Positions 12,731-25,676 of a DNA stretch of 64,000 bases are shown here, piece by piece. The stretch is taken from contig OZ024745.1 in assembly GCA_964016885.1 (NCBI GenBank), forward strand, positions 28,892,001-28,956,000, written 5' to 3'. The stretch comes from Eledone cirrhosa (taxonomy: Eukaryota). Every line of letters begins with the position of its first letter. Position 1 is the stretch's first letter. A program made the position numbers and the translations under genes. A model generated the notes under the pieces. That model did no database searches. It saw nothing but the letters and a program-made list of their open reading frames with translations, and was not told where the DNA came from.

Positions 12731-13725
12731 ATGGTTTTAATGTGATCAACAGTTTAAATAAGACAAATAAGAAGCAACAGAATTATTAGCAAACTGTCTT
12801 CTTACCTTTTCGTTCGAATCATCGGCGTTTACTGTTTATTGCTGACTGCTGCTGATCGACTGGGGTGATGGTGGGAGGTAGGAAACTGATAGAGGGAGTG
12901 AGAGGAGGTAGTAGTAAAATGATAGAGAAGGAGTGGGAGGTCGTTGACTAATAATGAGGGTGTAGGAGGTGGTAGACTGATCGTGAGGGAGTAGGAGGTA
13001 GTAGATTGTTAGAGAGGGTGAGAAGTGGGATAGAGAGAGTGAGAAGTGGTAGATTGATAGAAAGGGTGAGAGGTTGTAGTAGACTGCCACAGACGGAGTA
13101 GGAGGTAGTGAACTTTTAGAGGGAATAGTAGATTGATAGAGAGAAAAGATCACATAGTAGTGAGAGTGGTAAGAGAAGGGAGAGAAGTGAGATACCAGAG
13201 AAGAAAGAGTGAGAGAGAGATAGAGTGATGGAGATGGAGGAGATGGCTTAAAAGAGAAAGAGAAAGTGTAAGTGAAAGTAGCAGGTATAACTGTTGCATT
13301 GGTGGGGAGGGGAGAAGGAGGAAGAGGAGGATGAATGTGTGTGAGAGAGAGAAAGAGAAGGAATCCCGTAAGAATGTGTACGAGAAATACTGACCGAGGG
13401 AAGAGCGGATCTATACATACATATATACAAATACACACACACATATATATATATAAAGAGAGGGGGAGTTGACTGCTATATCTAGCAAATCGAGTGACCA
13501 CATGAGAAACCAGCGTGAGATCATCGAAAAGGAAAGGGAATAGAGAGAGGGGTATAAAGAGAGAGAAGGGGATAGTGAATACCAAAGGAGTGGGAGGAAA
13601 GGGAGAAGGTTCTCGAAATAACGTCGGTAACTGGATAAGAAGGGCATAGATTACACATTGGTGTTGTTGCTATGGTTACTGGCTACAACTACTACTACTA
13701 CTACTACTTCAACAGCTGCTGCTGT

Positions 13726-13780
<55 letters not shown>

Positions 13781-13789
13781 GTAGCCCAC

Positions 13790-14685
13790 TGCAAAATTAT
13801 GCATTTCAGTGTACCGAGGGACGAGACCAGGGTATTTAACATCCTAACTAGCTCTACATTGTGTGTTTGGGTATTTAACACTCTTGACTGTCTCTACAAC
13901 GAGTGTATGAATATTTAGAATCCTAGGCTAACCTCCCAATGTATGTCTCTAGGGGTAGCCTAGGACGCTAAATACCCAATGTGTAGCTAACTATTTAATG
14001 CCCATGGCTCGCTCTACAATGTGTGTCTATGGATTTAGTACCCTAGACTCGCTCTACAATGCGTACCTGGGTGTTTAACACCATAAGCTAGCTTTAATAT
14101 GTGTGCCTGGGTATTGAGCGTCTTGAGATAGTTCTGGGTATTTACTTCCCTGTGCTATTTCATTAATGGGTGCCTTGCTGTTTAACAACATTGTCTAGCC
14201 CTACAATGTGTACCCAATATTTAGTACCCTAGGCTAACTTTACAATGTGTATCTGGGTATTTAGTACCCTAGGCTAAATTTTCTATTTATGCCTGGATAT
14301 TCCGTGTCCTAAGATTAGCTCAACAATGTATTTTAGTGTTTAGTGCCCTAGACTAGCTCTACAATATGTGCCTGGTATTTAGTGCCGTAAGATAGCTTTA
14401 CGATATGTGTCTGGGTATTTTGCATTCTCGGCTAGCTCTACAATGAGTGTTTGGGTATTTAGTGCCCTAGGCTAGCTCTTCAATGCATGCCTGTGTATTC
14501 AGCACTCTGGCCAGCTCTAAAATGTGTACCTGGGTATTTAGTTCCCGGGCTAGTTCAGCAATGTGTTTGGGTATTATTTAACGCCATAGGCTAACCCTAT
14601 AATATATGCCTAGATATCCCGTGCCCTAGGCTAGCTCGACAATGTGTACCTGGTTAGTTAGCGTCTTAGGATAACACAACAATAT
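13790..14685. repeat. Diverged 40-bp minisatellite (~22 units; tatttagtaccctaggctagctctacaatgtgtacctggg)
   Basis: gggtattta...ctag...ctacaatgtg recurs at ~40-bp spacing. Confidence 0.85.
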
Positions 14686-14784
14686 GCATGTGTTGGAAGG
14701 ATTGCCACGATCAGAGAGTAGACAGGTCGTTACATTCCATATGGATGTCCTACCTAACTCCAACTACCTTATTGTGTGTGCTGG

Positions 14785-14907
<123 letters not shown>

Positions 14908-15679
14908 GCACCAGCACTAACACATTATAAAGGGAACTGGGTGCAATTTATCTCTGACACTAGCATTAATACTTTATAGAGTGGACTGGGTGCATTTTAT
15001 CGCGGCACAAGCATTAACACTTTATAGAGTGGATTGGATGCATTTTTATCGTGGCACTGACACTAACAAAATCGTCTCCAGATCTCATTAGGAGAGGTAA
15101 TACATTTTTTTTTCACAGAAGTTACCACCTAATGGTTAGAATGCTCGACGTAGGATCATAATGTCATCCGTTCGATTCCTGGACAGACTGTTGCGTTGTG
15201 TTCTTGAGCTGGGTAGTTAATCCTGCGATAGACCGACATCTGTCCACTGTCCAGGGAGAGTCTTGTACTCTCAGTCGCTTAACACGAAGGAAACAAGGGA
15301 TAAGCAACGGTTTGATGAACCTTCGGCTTAGAACAGATTTTAATTTTACAACATGCATTACACAAAGATTCGATGAATATTGATTTCTAATTTAGGCGCA
15401 AGGCCAGTAAATTTTGGGGAAGAGCAATTCCAGGACTTAAATGGTACTTTATTTTATCGATCTACGGCGGGATTTGAACACAGAATGTAAAGAACCGCAA
15501 CTAATACCGCCATGTCATTTATTTTGAGTCATCATTTGCAGACGATAACATACAGATCATCAGTCATATGATACAGCTATTGCGATTGGTCAATTACTTT
15601 TCGTGATTGGTTGAAAAATCTAAACATATGAATTAGTACAGAGAAATTATATTTATACTGATTTGAGATGTTTATAATA

Positions 15680-16268
15680 TACTAAACAGTACACACACAC
15701 CACATACACTCACCACATATAAACGCACATATACACGCACACATATATGCACCATATACATGTACCACATAACGTACATAGCATACACACACATACATAC
15801 ACACCACACACATACACACATGACAGACACACAAACAACATACACGCGCCACTACATACACATCGCACATATACATACATTCACACACCACATACACACA
15901 GCACCACATACATCACACACCACTATATATATGCACACACAACATGCATACACACACATATACTCACAATACACATACGAAGCACACACACTATATATGC
16001 ATACATACACACCATGGAATATACACACATAAACACACATAAACAATATACATGCCTCACACAACACACACATAAACAATATACATGCCACACACACCAC
16101 ACACGTAATACCCATACCACACACACACACACACTATCTATATGCACACATACACACCACGAACAAGTACGCACATAAACACATGCACACAACTCCTCTT
16201 CTTCTTCTTCTTCTTCTTCTTCTTCTTCTTCTTCTTCTTCTTCTTCTTCTTCTTCTTCTTCTTCTTCT
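15680..16268. repeat. Degenerate CA-rich tract followed by (CTT)n
   Basis: Seen directly in the sequence. Confidence 0.9.
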
Positions 16269-17245
16269 TTGAGATGGGTCGTCTTAGGTCAGTAATCCCA
16301 GAGGCATCTTAGTGCGTCGAGCCGACCAGATCCACCCGGGGCTTCCACCGCTGGAGGTCCCGTGTCAGCCCCTCTGCATTCTCCAAGGTGACATCGAGCC
16401 TCTGGAGATAATCCTTCATGACATCCTGCCATCTGGTGCGGGGCCTGCCACGGAGCCTCTTCCAGCTGGTAGCTACTGCGTCTAACGAGAGTAAGGCCCT
16501 AGCAGGATGATCTGGCGATAGGCGGAGGACATGTCCGTACCAGCGCATGCGGCGGATGGCTATGAAGCCGTAGGCTGTGGATTGATGCATGCGCGCACGC
16601 AACTCTTTGTTGGAAACGTGGTGGTACCATCTGATGTTCTTGATGGTCCCAGGGCTCTGCTATCGAAGCCATCGATCCTTTTTGCCAGGCTCTTTGTGAG
16701 GGGCCACGGTTCTTCTCTCTAGAGGAGAACGGAGAGGACCGACGCGTTGTAGATACGGAGCTTTGTCATCTGGGAGATAGAGCAGTGGCGCCAAAGTGGC
16801 TTCATAGGAAGCGCATGACCCCGGCGGCCTGATCACATCTGTGGTTGATTACCAAGTACCATTCTCGCCTTGTTTCATCCTGTCTCCGTAAGCCCAACAT
16901 CGCCTCTACATTTAGGTGTCCATCACCGATCGATTCAGTGCCCTGGCTGAGGACGAGGCCGGCAACTGGGAGATCTTTAAATCAAGCGTCAACAAGTCTG
17001 TGCGTGACGTCCGATAGAAACCAAGACCTCCCAAACGGCCCTGGATTTCACCGCAGACGTTGGAAATAATTAACTGTCGCCGCAAGGTTCGCCTGCAACA
17101 TGAATAAGTACCACCGGCTCAATCGAATACGCAACATAGCCATCATGGATGACCGGGAAAAGTTTTGGGTGGAAGAAGCCGAGCGCCTGGAGAAACAACG
17201 ACCTCAGCCAGGTGTTCATCACACTCCGCAAATTCTAAGGAGTGT
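16269..17245 (-). mobile_element. GC-rich RTE-like LINE 3' end with an inverted upstream fragment
   Basis: Minus strand: KLRIYNASVLSVLL and RRMRWYGHVLRL...RGRPRTRW, ending in a (GAA)n tail. Plus strand 16835-17245 encodes a LINE linker-like peptide (RLNRIRNIAIMDDREKFWVEEAERLE). Confidence 0.8.
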
Positions 17246-17329
17246 GTATGAAATTTGGCTAGTTAGGAAGCAGGCGAAAAAGGATACTGAGAGTGGGACG
17301 TTATAGAAATGGTTAATAAATTGAGATTA

Positions 17330-18035
17330 AAAGATATTGAATAAAAATAAAAATAATAAAATTAAATAGTAAAAATAAAAAAAATCTCTAGAGTCTAAAG
17401 CAGTTGCTATATTTTTAGCTGGAATTGCGTTTTCGGCCAACGCTATATATAATTTACTGGGGTGGAGTACTAAGGCTACAGAAGCCCGATGGGCTGCCTT
17501 GGGTAGGCGAAAGAGGAAAAGGGAAAAGGAAGAGGAGAGGGAGTGGAAGGATGTGATAAGAAGAAAAAGAAAAAGAAAAGAAGTACATCTACCTATGTAT
17601 GCTGGGGTTTCCCCTATCTTGTTCGGCAAGTGAGGAAAAGAACGATGTTGCAGCTATTGTCTGCCTACCCGGGGCATGAGGGGGTTTGAGGGCGAGGTAA
17701 GTCCTACGCAATCAGTGTTTACATGCAGTTACAAGTTCGTCCTTTTTGTTTAGGAGTTGGTCCTTCGTAAACAGCATTTGCAATGTTTCCTCCGAGCATA
17801 AGTTACACGGACGGCGTCCTGCCGTGTTGGAGTTGGCCCTAGACAGTAAGCTCCAAGTAAGATTGTATGTTATGTTGTTATCTTGGAGGTCCCAGATGTG
17901 GCCCGAAAGTGTAGTGGCATGTCGCCGGGCCGGGTTTCGGAACGTATGTCGGTGTTGGTAGAGCCGGGTCTTGAAGTTGCAAGCGGTTAATCCTCTATAG
18001 GCTTTGTTGGGGGTTTCTACCAATGCATCTACCAA
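17330..18035 (-). mobile_element. Penelope-like element 3' fragment (GIY-YIG endonuclease + 3'UTR)
   Basis: AYRGLT..FKTRLYQH...TLSGHIW.L...CNLCSEE...LLNKKDELVTACKH, homologous to 59042-59482. Confidence 0.88.
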
Positions 18036-19105
18036 TGCGACGTGAGGACGGAAATCTCCAACAATATCTTTCTTAATCGGGTGTAGTATTCCCTAGTTAC
18101 GCGCTCCTTATTACAGATACCATTATAGGATATGTCCTCATCTATCCCCAGGTATCTGTAGCAGTCCTCATCAGATGTTGGTGAAACAGTTAGGCCATTG
18201 ATACAAATGTTGCTAGATTGGGTTGTTGTTTTCCCCCGCTTTACAGTCATATATAAGCATTTATCTTGGCCAAACTCCATTCCTATATCCTTTGAGAATG
18301 TTGTAACCAGGTCAAGATTTTTCTTCATCCCATCCATGTTCTTGGCATAGAGTTTCAGATCATCCACAAAGAAATTATGGGTTAGGTATTTCTGTCCTCC
18401 TGTGAGCCAATAATGTATCCTTCACATTTCTTGAGCAGATAGGATAAGGGGTTTAATGACAGGATGAATAATTTCACAGAGACTGTCTCCCTGAAATATA
18501 CCCCTGCGATATTTTATTTTATCAGTGAAAATAGAGTCCTCCTCTGTCTTTAACTTTAGGATAGTAGCCCAAGAAGAAGACAGCTTCTTTATGGCTCTGA
18601 TAATAATGTCTGGGACTTTAGCAAGTCGGTGGGCCTCTATCATCCAAGAGTTGGGAACAGAATCGAAAGCTTTCCTGTAGTCCAGCCAGACTGTAGCCTT
18701 ATTCCTCCTAAGTTGTCGCACATCCGACATCGCAGTTTTGTTGATGAGGAGTTGTTCAGCACACCCCCAAACACCTTTCTTTCCAGCTGCTTGTTCATCT
18801 GTGATGATGTTATTATTTTCACAGTGATCTTGGAGGAATAGGTTCAGGCAGGCTGTATACATCTTATACATCAGGTTCTGGCATGCAATGGGTCGGTAGT
18901 TTTTTGCGAGGCGGGTGTCTTTCTTCTTGGGGACCAGTAATGTTTGTGCTAATGTCAACCATTCTGGTATAAATGTATTTCCCTTAAGAACTTGTTGGTA
19001 GAGGTCAGTAAGATACCTCCGATAGAATATTAGTTTTTTGTACCAGTAGCCGACATCATGTCTCTTCCTGGTGTTTTCTTATCTTGGAGCTTTCCTATCA
19101 CATTC
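18036..19105 (-). mobile_element. R4/Dong-like (RLE clade) non-LTR RT fragment
   Basis: NYRPIAC, WLDYRKAFDSVP, RGIFQGDSL, FVDDLKLY and YRYLGI motifs, with one frameshift. Confidence 0.88.
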
Positions 19106-19108
19106 TTA

Positions 19109-19160
19109 AGGGTACCCTCACTTATTTCGTATGTATGTATGTATATATGTATGTACGTAC

Positions 19161-19191
<31 letters not shown>

Positions 19192-19484
19192 TGTATGTAT
19201 GTATGTATGTATGCATGTAAGCATGTATGTATGTATGTATGTATGTATGTACGTACATACGTATGTATGTATGCATGTAAGCATGTATGTATGTATGTAT
19301 GTATGTATGTATGTATGTATGTATGTACGTACATACGTATGTATGTATGTATGTATGTATGTATGTATGTATGTATGTATGTATGTATGTATGTACGTAC
19401 ATACGTATGTATGTATGCATGTATGTATGCATGTAAGCATGTATGTAAGCATGTATGTATGTATGTATATATGTATGTACGTAC

Positions 19485-19515
<31 letters not shown>

Positions 19516-19695
19516 TGTATGTATGTATGTATGTATGTATGTATGTATGTATGTACATACGTATGTATGTATGTATGCATTTAAGCATGTATGTATGTAT
19601 GTATGTATGTATGTATGTATGTATGTATGTATGTATGTATGTATGTATGTATGTATGTACGTACATACGTATGTATGTATGTATGCATGTATGTT
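19109..19695. repeat. (TATG)n microsatellite
   Basis: Seen directly in the sequence. Confidence 0.95.
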
Positions 19696-20234
19696 TGCAC
19701 AGAGGCAGACATGGATGCACGTGTGTATGTATAAGCGAGAATAACGTATAAAAATAGATAGATCGATGAAAGTATAAGATACATGCACTTAAATCTACCC
19801 TCTAATAGTAATGTTAATATATTTATATTGCGGCTCATCAATACACGTCTTATGTGTAGAAACCCCCACTTTACCTTACCTGCTAAGATTTCCCCCACTC
19901 CGTTCTACTTAGGATCCCACCCCCTGTCTATGATGCCCCCTCCCCAGCTACTAGTGTCTCCTTTCTCTCCCTACAATCGCCACCCACCACACCTGTTGCA
20001 ACAGGTTAATGAAGCCTGTTTATGGCAACTATAAATATATAAACACTGTCATATTGCCAGGTACAATCAACTCTCAGGTGTTTATGGTTACTTGGTTACG
20101 GAAAAACCACCACATTCAAATAAACTTTGCTTTGGTTGAAAGATGGCTACATACACACACACACACACATATATATATAATACACACACACACATATATA
20201 TATAATACACATACATACATAATATATTTATTTT

Positions 20235-20288
<54 letters not shown>

Positions 20289-20639
20289 TGTGTGTGTATA
20301 TATATATATACTAGCATAGTACTAGTCAAGAAATTCCTTGATTACAACATTCTCAGTAAAGACACATGAATCCCTGCGTTTTCCTTGACTTTCGTAATTT
20401 TCAAGCCCCTTTCTTCTTCTTCTTCTTCTTCTTCTTCTTCTTCTTCTTCTTCTTCTTCTTCTTCTTCTTCTTCTTCTTCTTCTTCTTCTTCTTCTTCTTC
20501 TTCTTCTAATACCTCCAAGACTTTAAGCATGCTTGTAATCTTCATTATCTTCTTGTCCTTAATTCTTCCCCCAACCCCCCAAGGAGTCTACCTGGCTCTA
20601 CTTCCCTTCACCTCGCCCCCGCTGCCATATCTGTCCATC

Positions 20640-20965
20640 TTTCATTCCACATCCATAAATCCTTCACCTGTACGTCCACTTATCTATGCCTTTCGTTGTT
20701 CGCTGCGTGGCTTCATGTACATCGGGCAAATAGGCCACCGTTTGGAGAATCGATTCGCAGAGCACTTGCGTGACATACGACTTGGCAACGACACCCCCAT
20801 CTACCGGCACGCCCAATCTTTCCACCCAACGCATTTTTGTTTCCGGTTTCATCTTAAACAACAGGCCGCTAACCATTCGTTTCAAAACTAAGCATTATTG
20901 ATATTTTGACTTGGAACCACCATTCAGAATGGCCTTAAGTCTTCACCTTAGTTTATTTAACCTCC
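20640..20965 (+). mobile_element. PLE GIY-YIG remnant
   Basis: LIYAFRCSLRGFMYIGQIGHRLENRFAEHLRDI. Confidence 0.75.
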
Positions 20966-20970
20966 ATATT

Positions 20971-20974
<4 letters not shown>

Positions 20975-21047
<73 letters not shown>

Positions 21048-21159
21048 GCGCACACACACGCACACACACATACGCACACACGACCACACACGCACACACA
21101 CACACGACGCACGCACACACGCACACACACATACACACATCCAGACACACACGCGCACA

Positions 21160-21249
<90 letters not shown>

Positions 21250-23545
21250 GAAACACACACATTACCAGCTCCTTTACACACGCTATGACACCATCTGAAG
21301 CTAAGAGCCTTTGACACCTTTTTTTACGCGACCAACAAAGATGTAGTACTTTAAAACAAGCCCAAACATCTCCTGGGAGGTGACATCTAAAGCCACACAA
21401 AACACACACATACACCGTACACAACACACATATACAACACACCATACATAACATACATAGATATACACAGATAACACACATAGATACACACACAATATAA
21501 ATATGCACACACCACACACATGCCCAAAGCACATACACACACCACAAGCACACACACAATATAAACATGCACACACCGCACACATGCACAAAGCACATAC
21601 ACACGTCACAAGCACACACATAAACACACACCAGACACAACATACACACCTCACACCACGTTCCACTCACACGCACCCTACATCCCACACCCAACACACA
21701 CCACACACCCAACACACACCGCACACCTTACATCACACCACACACCCAACACACATCAAACACACACCACACACCCAACACACACCACAAACACTACATC
21801 ACACACCCAACACACACCACACACTCAACACACATCCAACACACACCACACACCCTGGATCACACACCCAACACACACCACACATCACACACCCAACACC
21901 CTGCATCACACACCCAACACACACCACACGTCCTACATCACACACCGAACACACACCACACACCCTGCATCACACACCCAACACACACCACACACCCAAC
22001 ATACCCAACACACACCATACATCTCACACACAAACACACACCACACACCACACACACGCACACCATACATCACACACACAAACACACACCACACACACCC
22101 AACACACACCACGCACACACACCACACACACCATACATCACACACACCACAGACACACACACACATAACACACCACACACATACACACCCAACACACCAC
22201 AGACGCACACACACCCAACACACCATACATCACACACACACACATACACACCCAACACACACCACACACCCTGCATCACACACCCAACACACACCACACA
22301 CCACACACCCTGCATCACACACCCAACACACACCACACACCCTTCATCACACACCCAACACACACCACACACCCAACACACACCACACACCACACACCCA
22401 ACACACACCACACACCGGACACACACCACACACCACACACCCAACACACACCACACATCCTACATCACACACCCAACACACCACACACCACACACCCAAC
22501 ACACCCCACACACCCTGCATCACACACCCAACACACACCACACACCCAACACACACCACACACCCAACACACACCACACACCCAACACACACCACACACC
22601 CAACACACACCACACACCCAACACACACCACACATCCAACACACACCACACACCCTGGATCACACACCCAACACACACCACACACCACACACCCAACACC
22701 CACCACACACCACATACCCAACACACACCACACATCCTACATCACACGCCCAACACACACCACACACCCTTCATCACACACCCAACACACACCACACACC
22801 CTTCATCACACACCCAACACACACCACACACCCAACACACACCACACACCCAACACACACCATACACCCTGCATCACACACCCAACACACACCCAACACA
22901 CACCACACACCCTTCATCACACACCCAACACCCACCACACACCCACCACACACCACACACCCAACACACACCACACACCCGACACACACCACACACCACA
23001 CACCACACACCCAACACACACCACACATCCTACATCACACACCCAACACACACCACACACCACACACCCCACACCCCCCACACACCCTGCATCACACACC
23101 CAACACACACCACACACCCAATACACACCACACACCATACATCACACACCCAACACACACCACACACCACACACCCTACATCACACACCCAACACACACC
23201 ACACACCATACATCACACACCCAACACACACCACACATCCAACACACACCACACACCCTACATCACACACCCAACACACACCACACACCCAACACACACC
23301 ATACATCACACACACAAACACACACCACACACACACACACACACATACACCATACACACCATACATCACACACACCAGACACACCCAACACACACCACAC
23401 ACACACCACACACACCACACACACACACCACACACACCATACATCACACACACACACCACACACACACACACAACACCACACACACACACACCCAACACA
23501 CCACAGACACACACACACCCAACACACCATACATCACACACACAG
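20975..23545. repeat. Compound CA-rich micro/minisatellite (cacacccaacacacacca units)
   Basis: Seen directly in the sequence. Confidence 0.92.
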
Positions 23546-23656
23546 AAGACAGACAGACAATAAATCTTAACTATAATAAAGGAAGGTCTGCGGGACTGCG
23601 TCCAGAATATATTTTTTTACCCCGTTTGTAAAATAAGTTGGATTACTTAGAATAAA

Positions 23657-23775
23657 TAATTGTTTCTACTTTTGGCACAAGGCCAGCAATTATCCCAGTG
23701 TATTACTGGTACTTTATTTTATCGACCCCGTAAGGATGAAAGGCAAAGTTAACCTCAGCGGGATTTGAACTCAGA
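23657..23775 (-). mobile_element. tRNA-derived SINE, 5'-truncated
   Basis: Matches 44973-45090. Confidence 0.8.
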
Positions 23776-24328
23776 ATAAATAATAAATGAATATTACATA
23801 ATTTATGTGCTAAATTAAGTGGCTGTTGATTAAATATATTTTATAGCTTAATCTTTATAATTCACTTCTTTAAAGTTATCAAATGCCAATACTTCCGGTT
23901 AGCAGCCGTTATATTATAACACTTATAATCGCATATATTTCCGTCGCTAATTTTCTCCTAATGCAGTTTATATATAATGTCGTCTTTTAAAAAAAAATAT
24001 CATGGATTACTGATTACAGAAGACAGTGTAACATAGGCTTTGTTCAATTTCTGTATATATTGTCAATTACGATTTTATTTGATGTATCATATTTACATGC
24101 ATATATATTTGAGCATAATATCAATATACACACTACACTTGCTAACAGAAAACCACCCGAAGGGTGGTTTTCTGTTAGTACAGTGTAATCAAGCTAAAAT
24201 CATCTTTAAACTCACGAAGGATCACGGAGAATGTAATAATTGTCAACACAGCAAGGTCTGTGTTGTTTTGAGGGTGGGCGGAGTGAATAGAAGCTGAAAT
24301 GTCACTCTATAATCCTGTCCAGCGCTAC

Positions 24329-24510
24329 CATTAAGGCCAGCTAGGTAGCCACACGGGTAGAGACCTCAAAGAGGTGCTATCATTAAGGCCAGCTAGGTAA
24401 CCAGTAGGGCCCTGGCCTCAGAGAGGTGCCCCCATTAAGGCCAATTAGGTAGCCAGTAGGGCCCTGACCTCAGAGAAGTGCTATCATTAAGGCCAGCTAG
24501 GTAGCCACTC
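24329..24510. repeat. 52-53-bp tandem repeat, ~3.5 copies
   Basis: cattaaggcca(g/a)... at 24329, 24381, 24433 and 24486. Confidence 0.85.
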
Positions 24511-24869
24511 AGCTAAAGACACTCAAGTGTTGAGTAGTGGTGTTACGCTTGGTGACAGATTAAGTCTACTGCCCAAGTAGGTCACAGCAGGATTTAAATG
24601 GAAAAAGGTAGAACAGACTCTGCAAGGCTTCTCGTCCGAGGCACTAACAATTCTAGCAAACCACTTCCCCTCGACTGTTAATTTATTTTATAGACCTCAA
24701 AGTGATGAAAGGAAAAGCTGACCTTGATAGTGTTTGAACTCATAGCACAGAAAACCAGATCAGATACCACAATGTAGCTCGTCCGACGTTCTAATGGCTC
24801 TACCAATTTGATGACGTAAATGACTCTACGTCCTTTGATGACGTAAATATTATAATCTCTTATATCGAT

Positions 24870-25175
24870 CACCAATTTGATCAGATGAGTGAAAAGGTAT
24901 ACTCACTACTTTAATTAAATGAATGACAAGCTATATCAAAGCGTGACAAGCTATATTAAATACTTTGATCAGGTGAGTAGCAAGCTATACTAGCCAAATC
25001 AGATGAGTAACAGGCTATACTCAGATGACTGATAAGGTGTACTCAACACTTTCATCAGTTGAGTGACAAGGTGTACTCACCAAATTAATTAGATGTGTGA
25101 CAAGATATACTCTAGTCTGATCACACGAGTAGCAAGTTTCACTCAAGTCTGGTTAAGCGAATTACCAGGTATACC
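24870..25175. repeat. Decayed short tandem repeat (tcagatgagtgacaaggtatactca-like)
   Basis: About 8 imperfect recurrences. Confidence 0.6.
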
Positions 25176-25676
25176 CTCTGAAGGTAAACAACAAAGAGAA
25201 CACCTTAGCAGAAATCAATTTTGTTAAAGTAAGATCAATACTACTTATATTGATTGTTATATAACTTAGCTATGGCGCGTGATCATAACCTTGAGGGTTC
25301 AACTCCTGGACTGGGCTGTGTGTTGTGTTCTTGAGCAAAACACTTCATTTCACGTTGCTCCAGTATACTCAGCTGAAAATGAGTACTAGTAATAGCTGGG
25401 GATTTAACCCTTCGATGGACTAGCGTCATGCCAGGGAACAGTGTTGTACTCTCAGTCGCTTAACGCCACAGAAACCTGGATGAGAAGCAGCCATGCGAGC
25501 CTCTGAGCTCGAGACAGACTTTAGATATTTTTAGCTAACTTAACTTGTCTTGATAGCAGTTTTTCTTAGTTGTTTGGTTGGTATTGTGGTAGATCACCTG
25601 AATAAATAAAACAAACGATAGCAACACCTAAACCTTGAATATATCGTGTGATACAGCTTGATCTGGTATTGAATCT

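Noticed and set aside
12836-13585. 249-aa Ser/Leu/Pro-rich ORF
   Set aside because: Low-complexity CT-rich strand with no recognisable domain. More likely UTR or non-coding.
19030-19898. Long ORFs (YIHT/MYVC repeats)
   Set aside because: Translations of the (TATG)n microsatellite.
20911-23543. His/Thr- and Cys/Val-rich ORFs
   Set aside because: CA-rich simple repeats without stop codons. No splice or domain evidence.
24142-24178. Rho-independent terminator
   Set aside because: Eukaryotic context with no upstream prokaryotic gene. Kept only as a hairpin.
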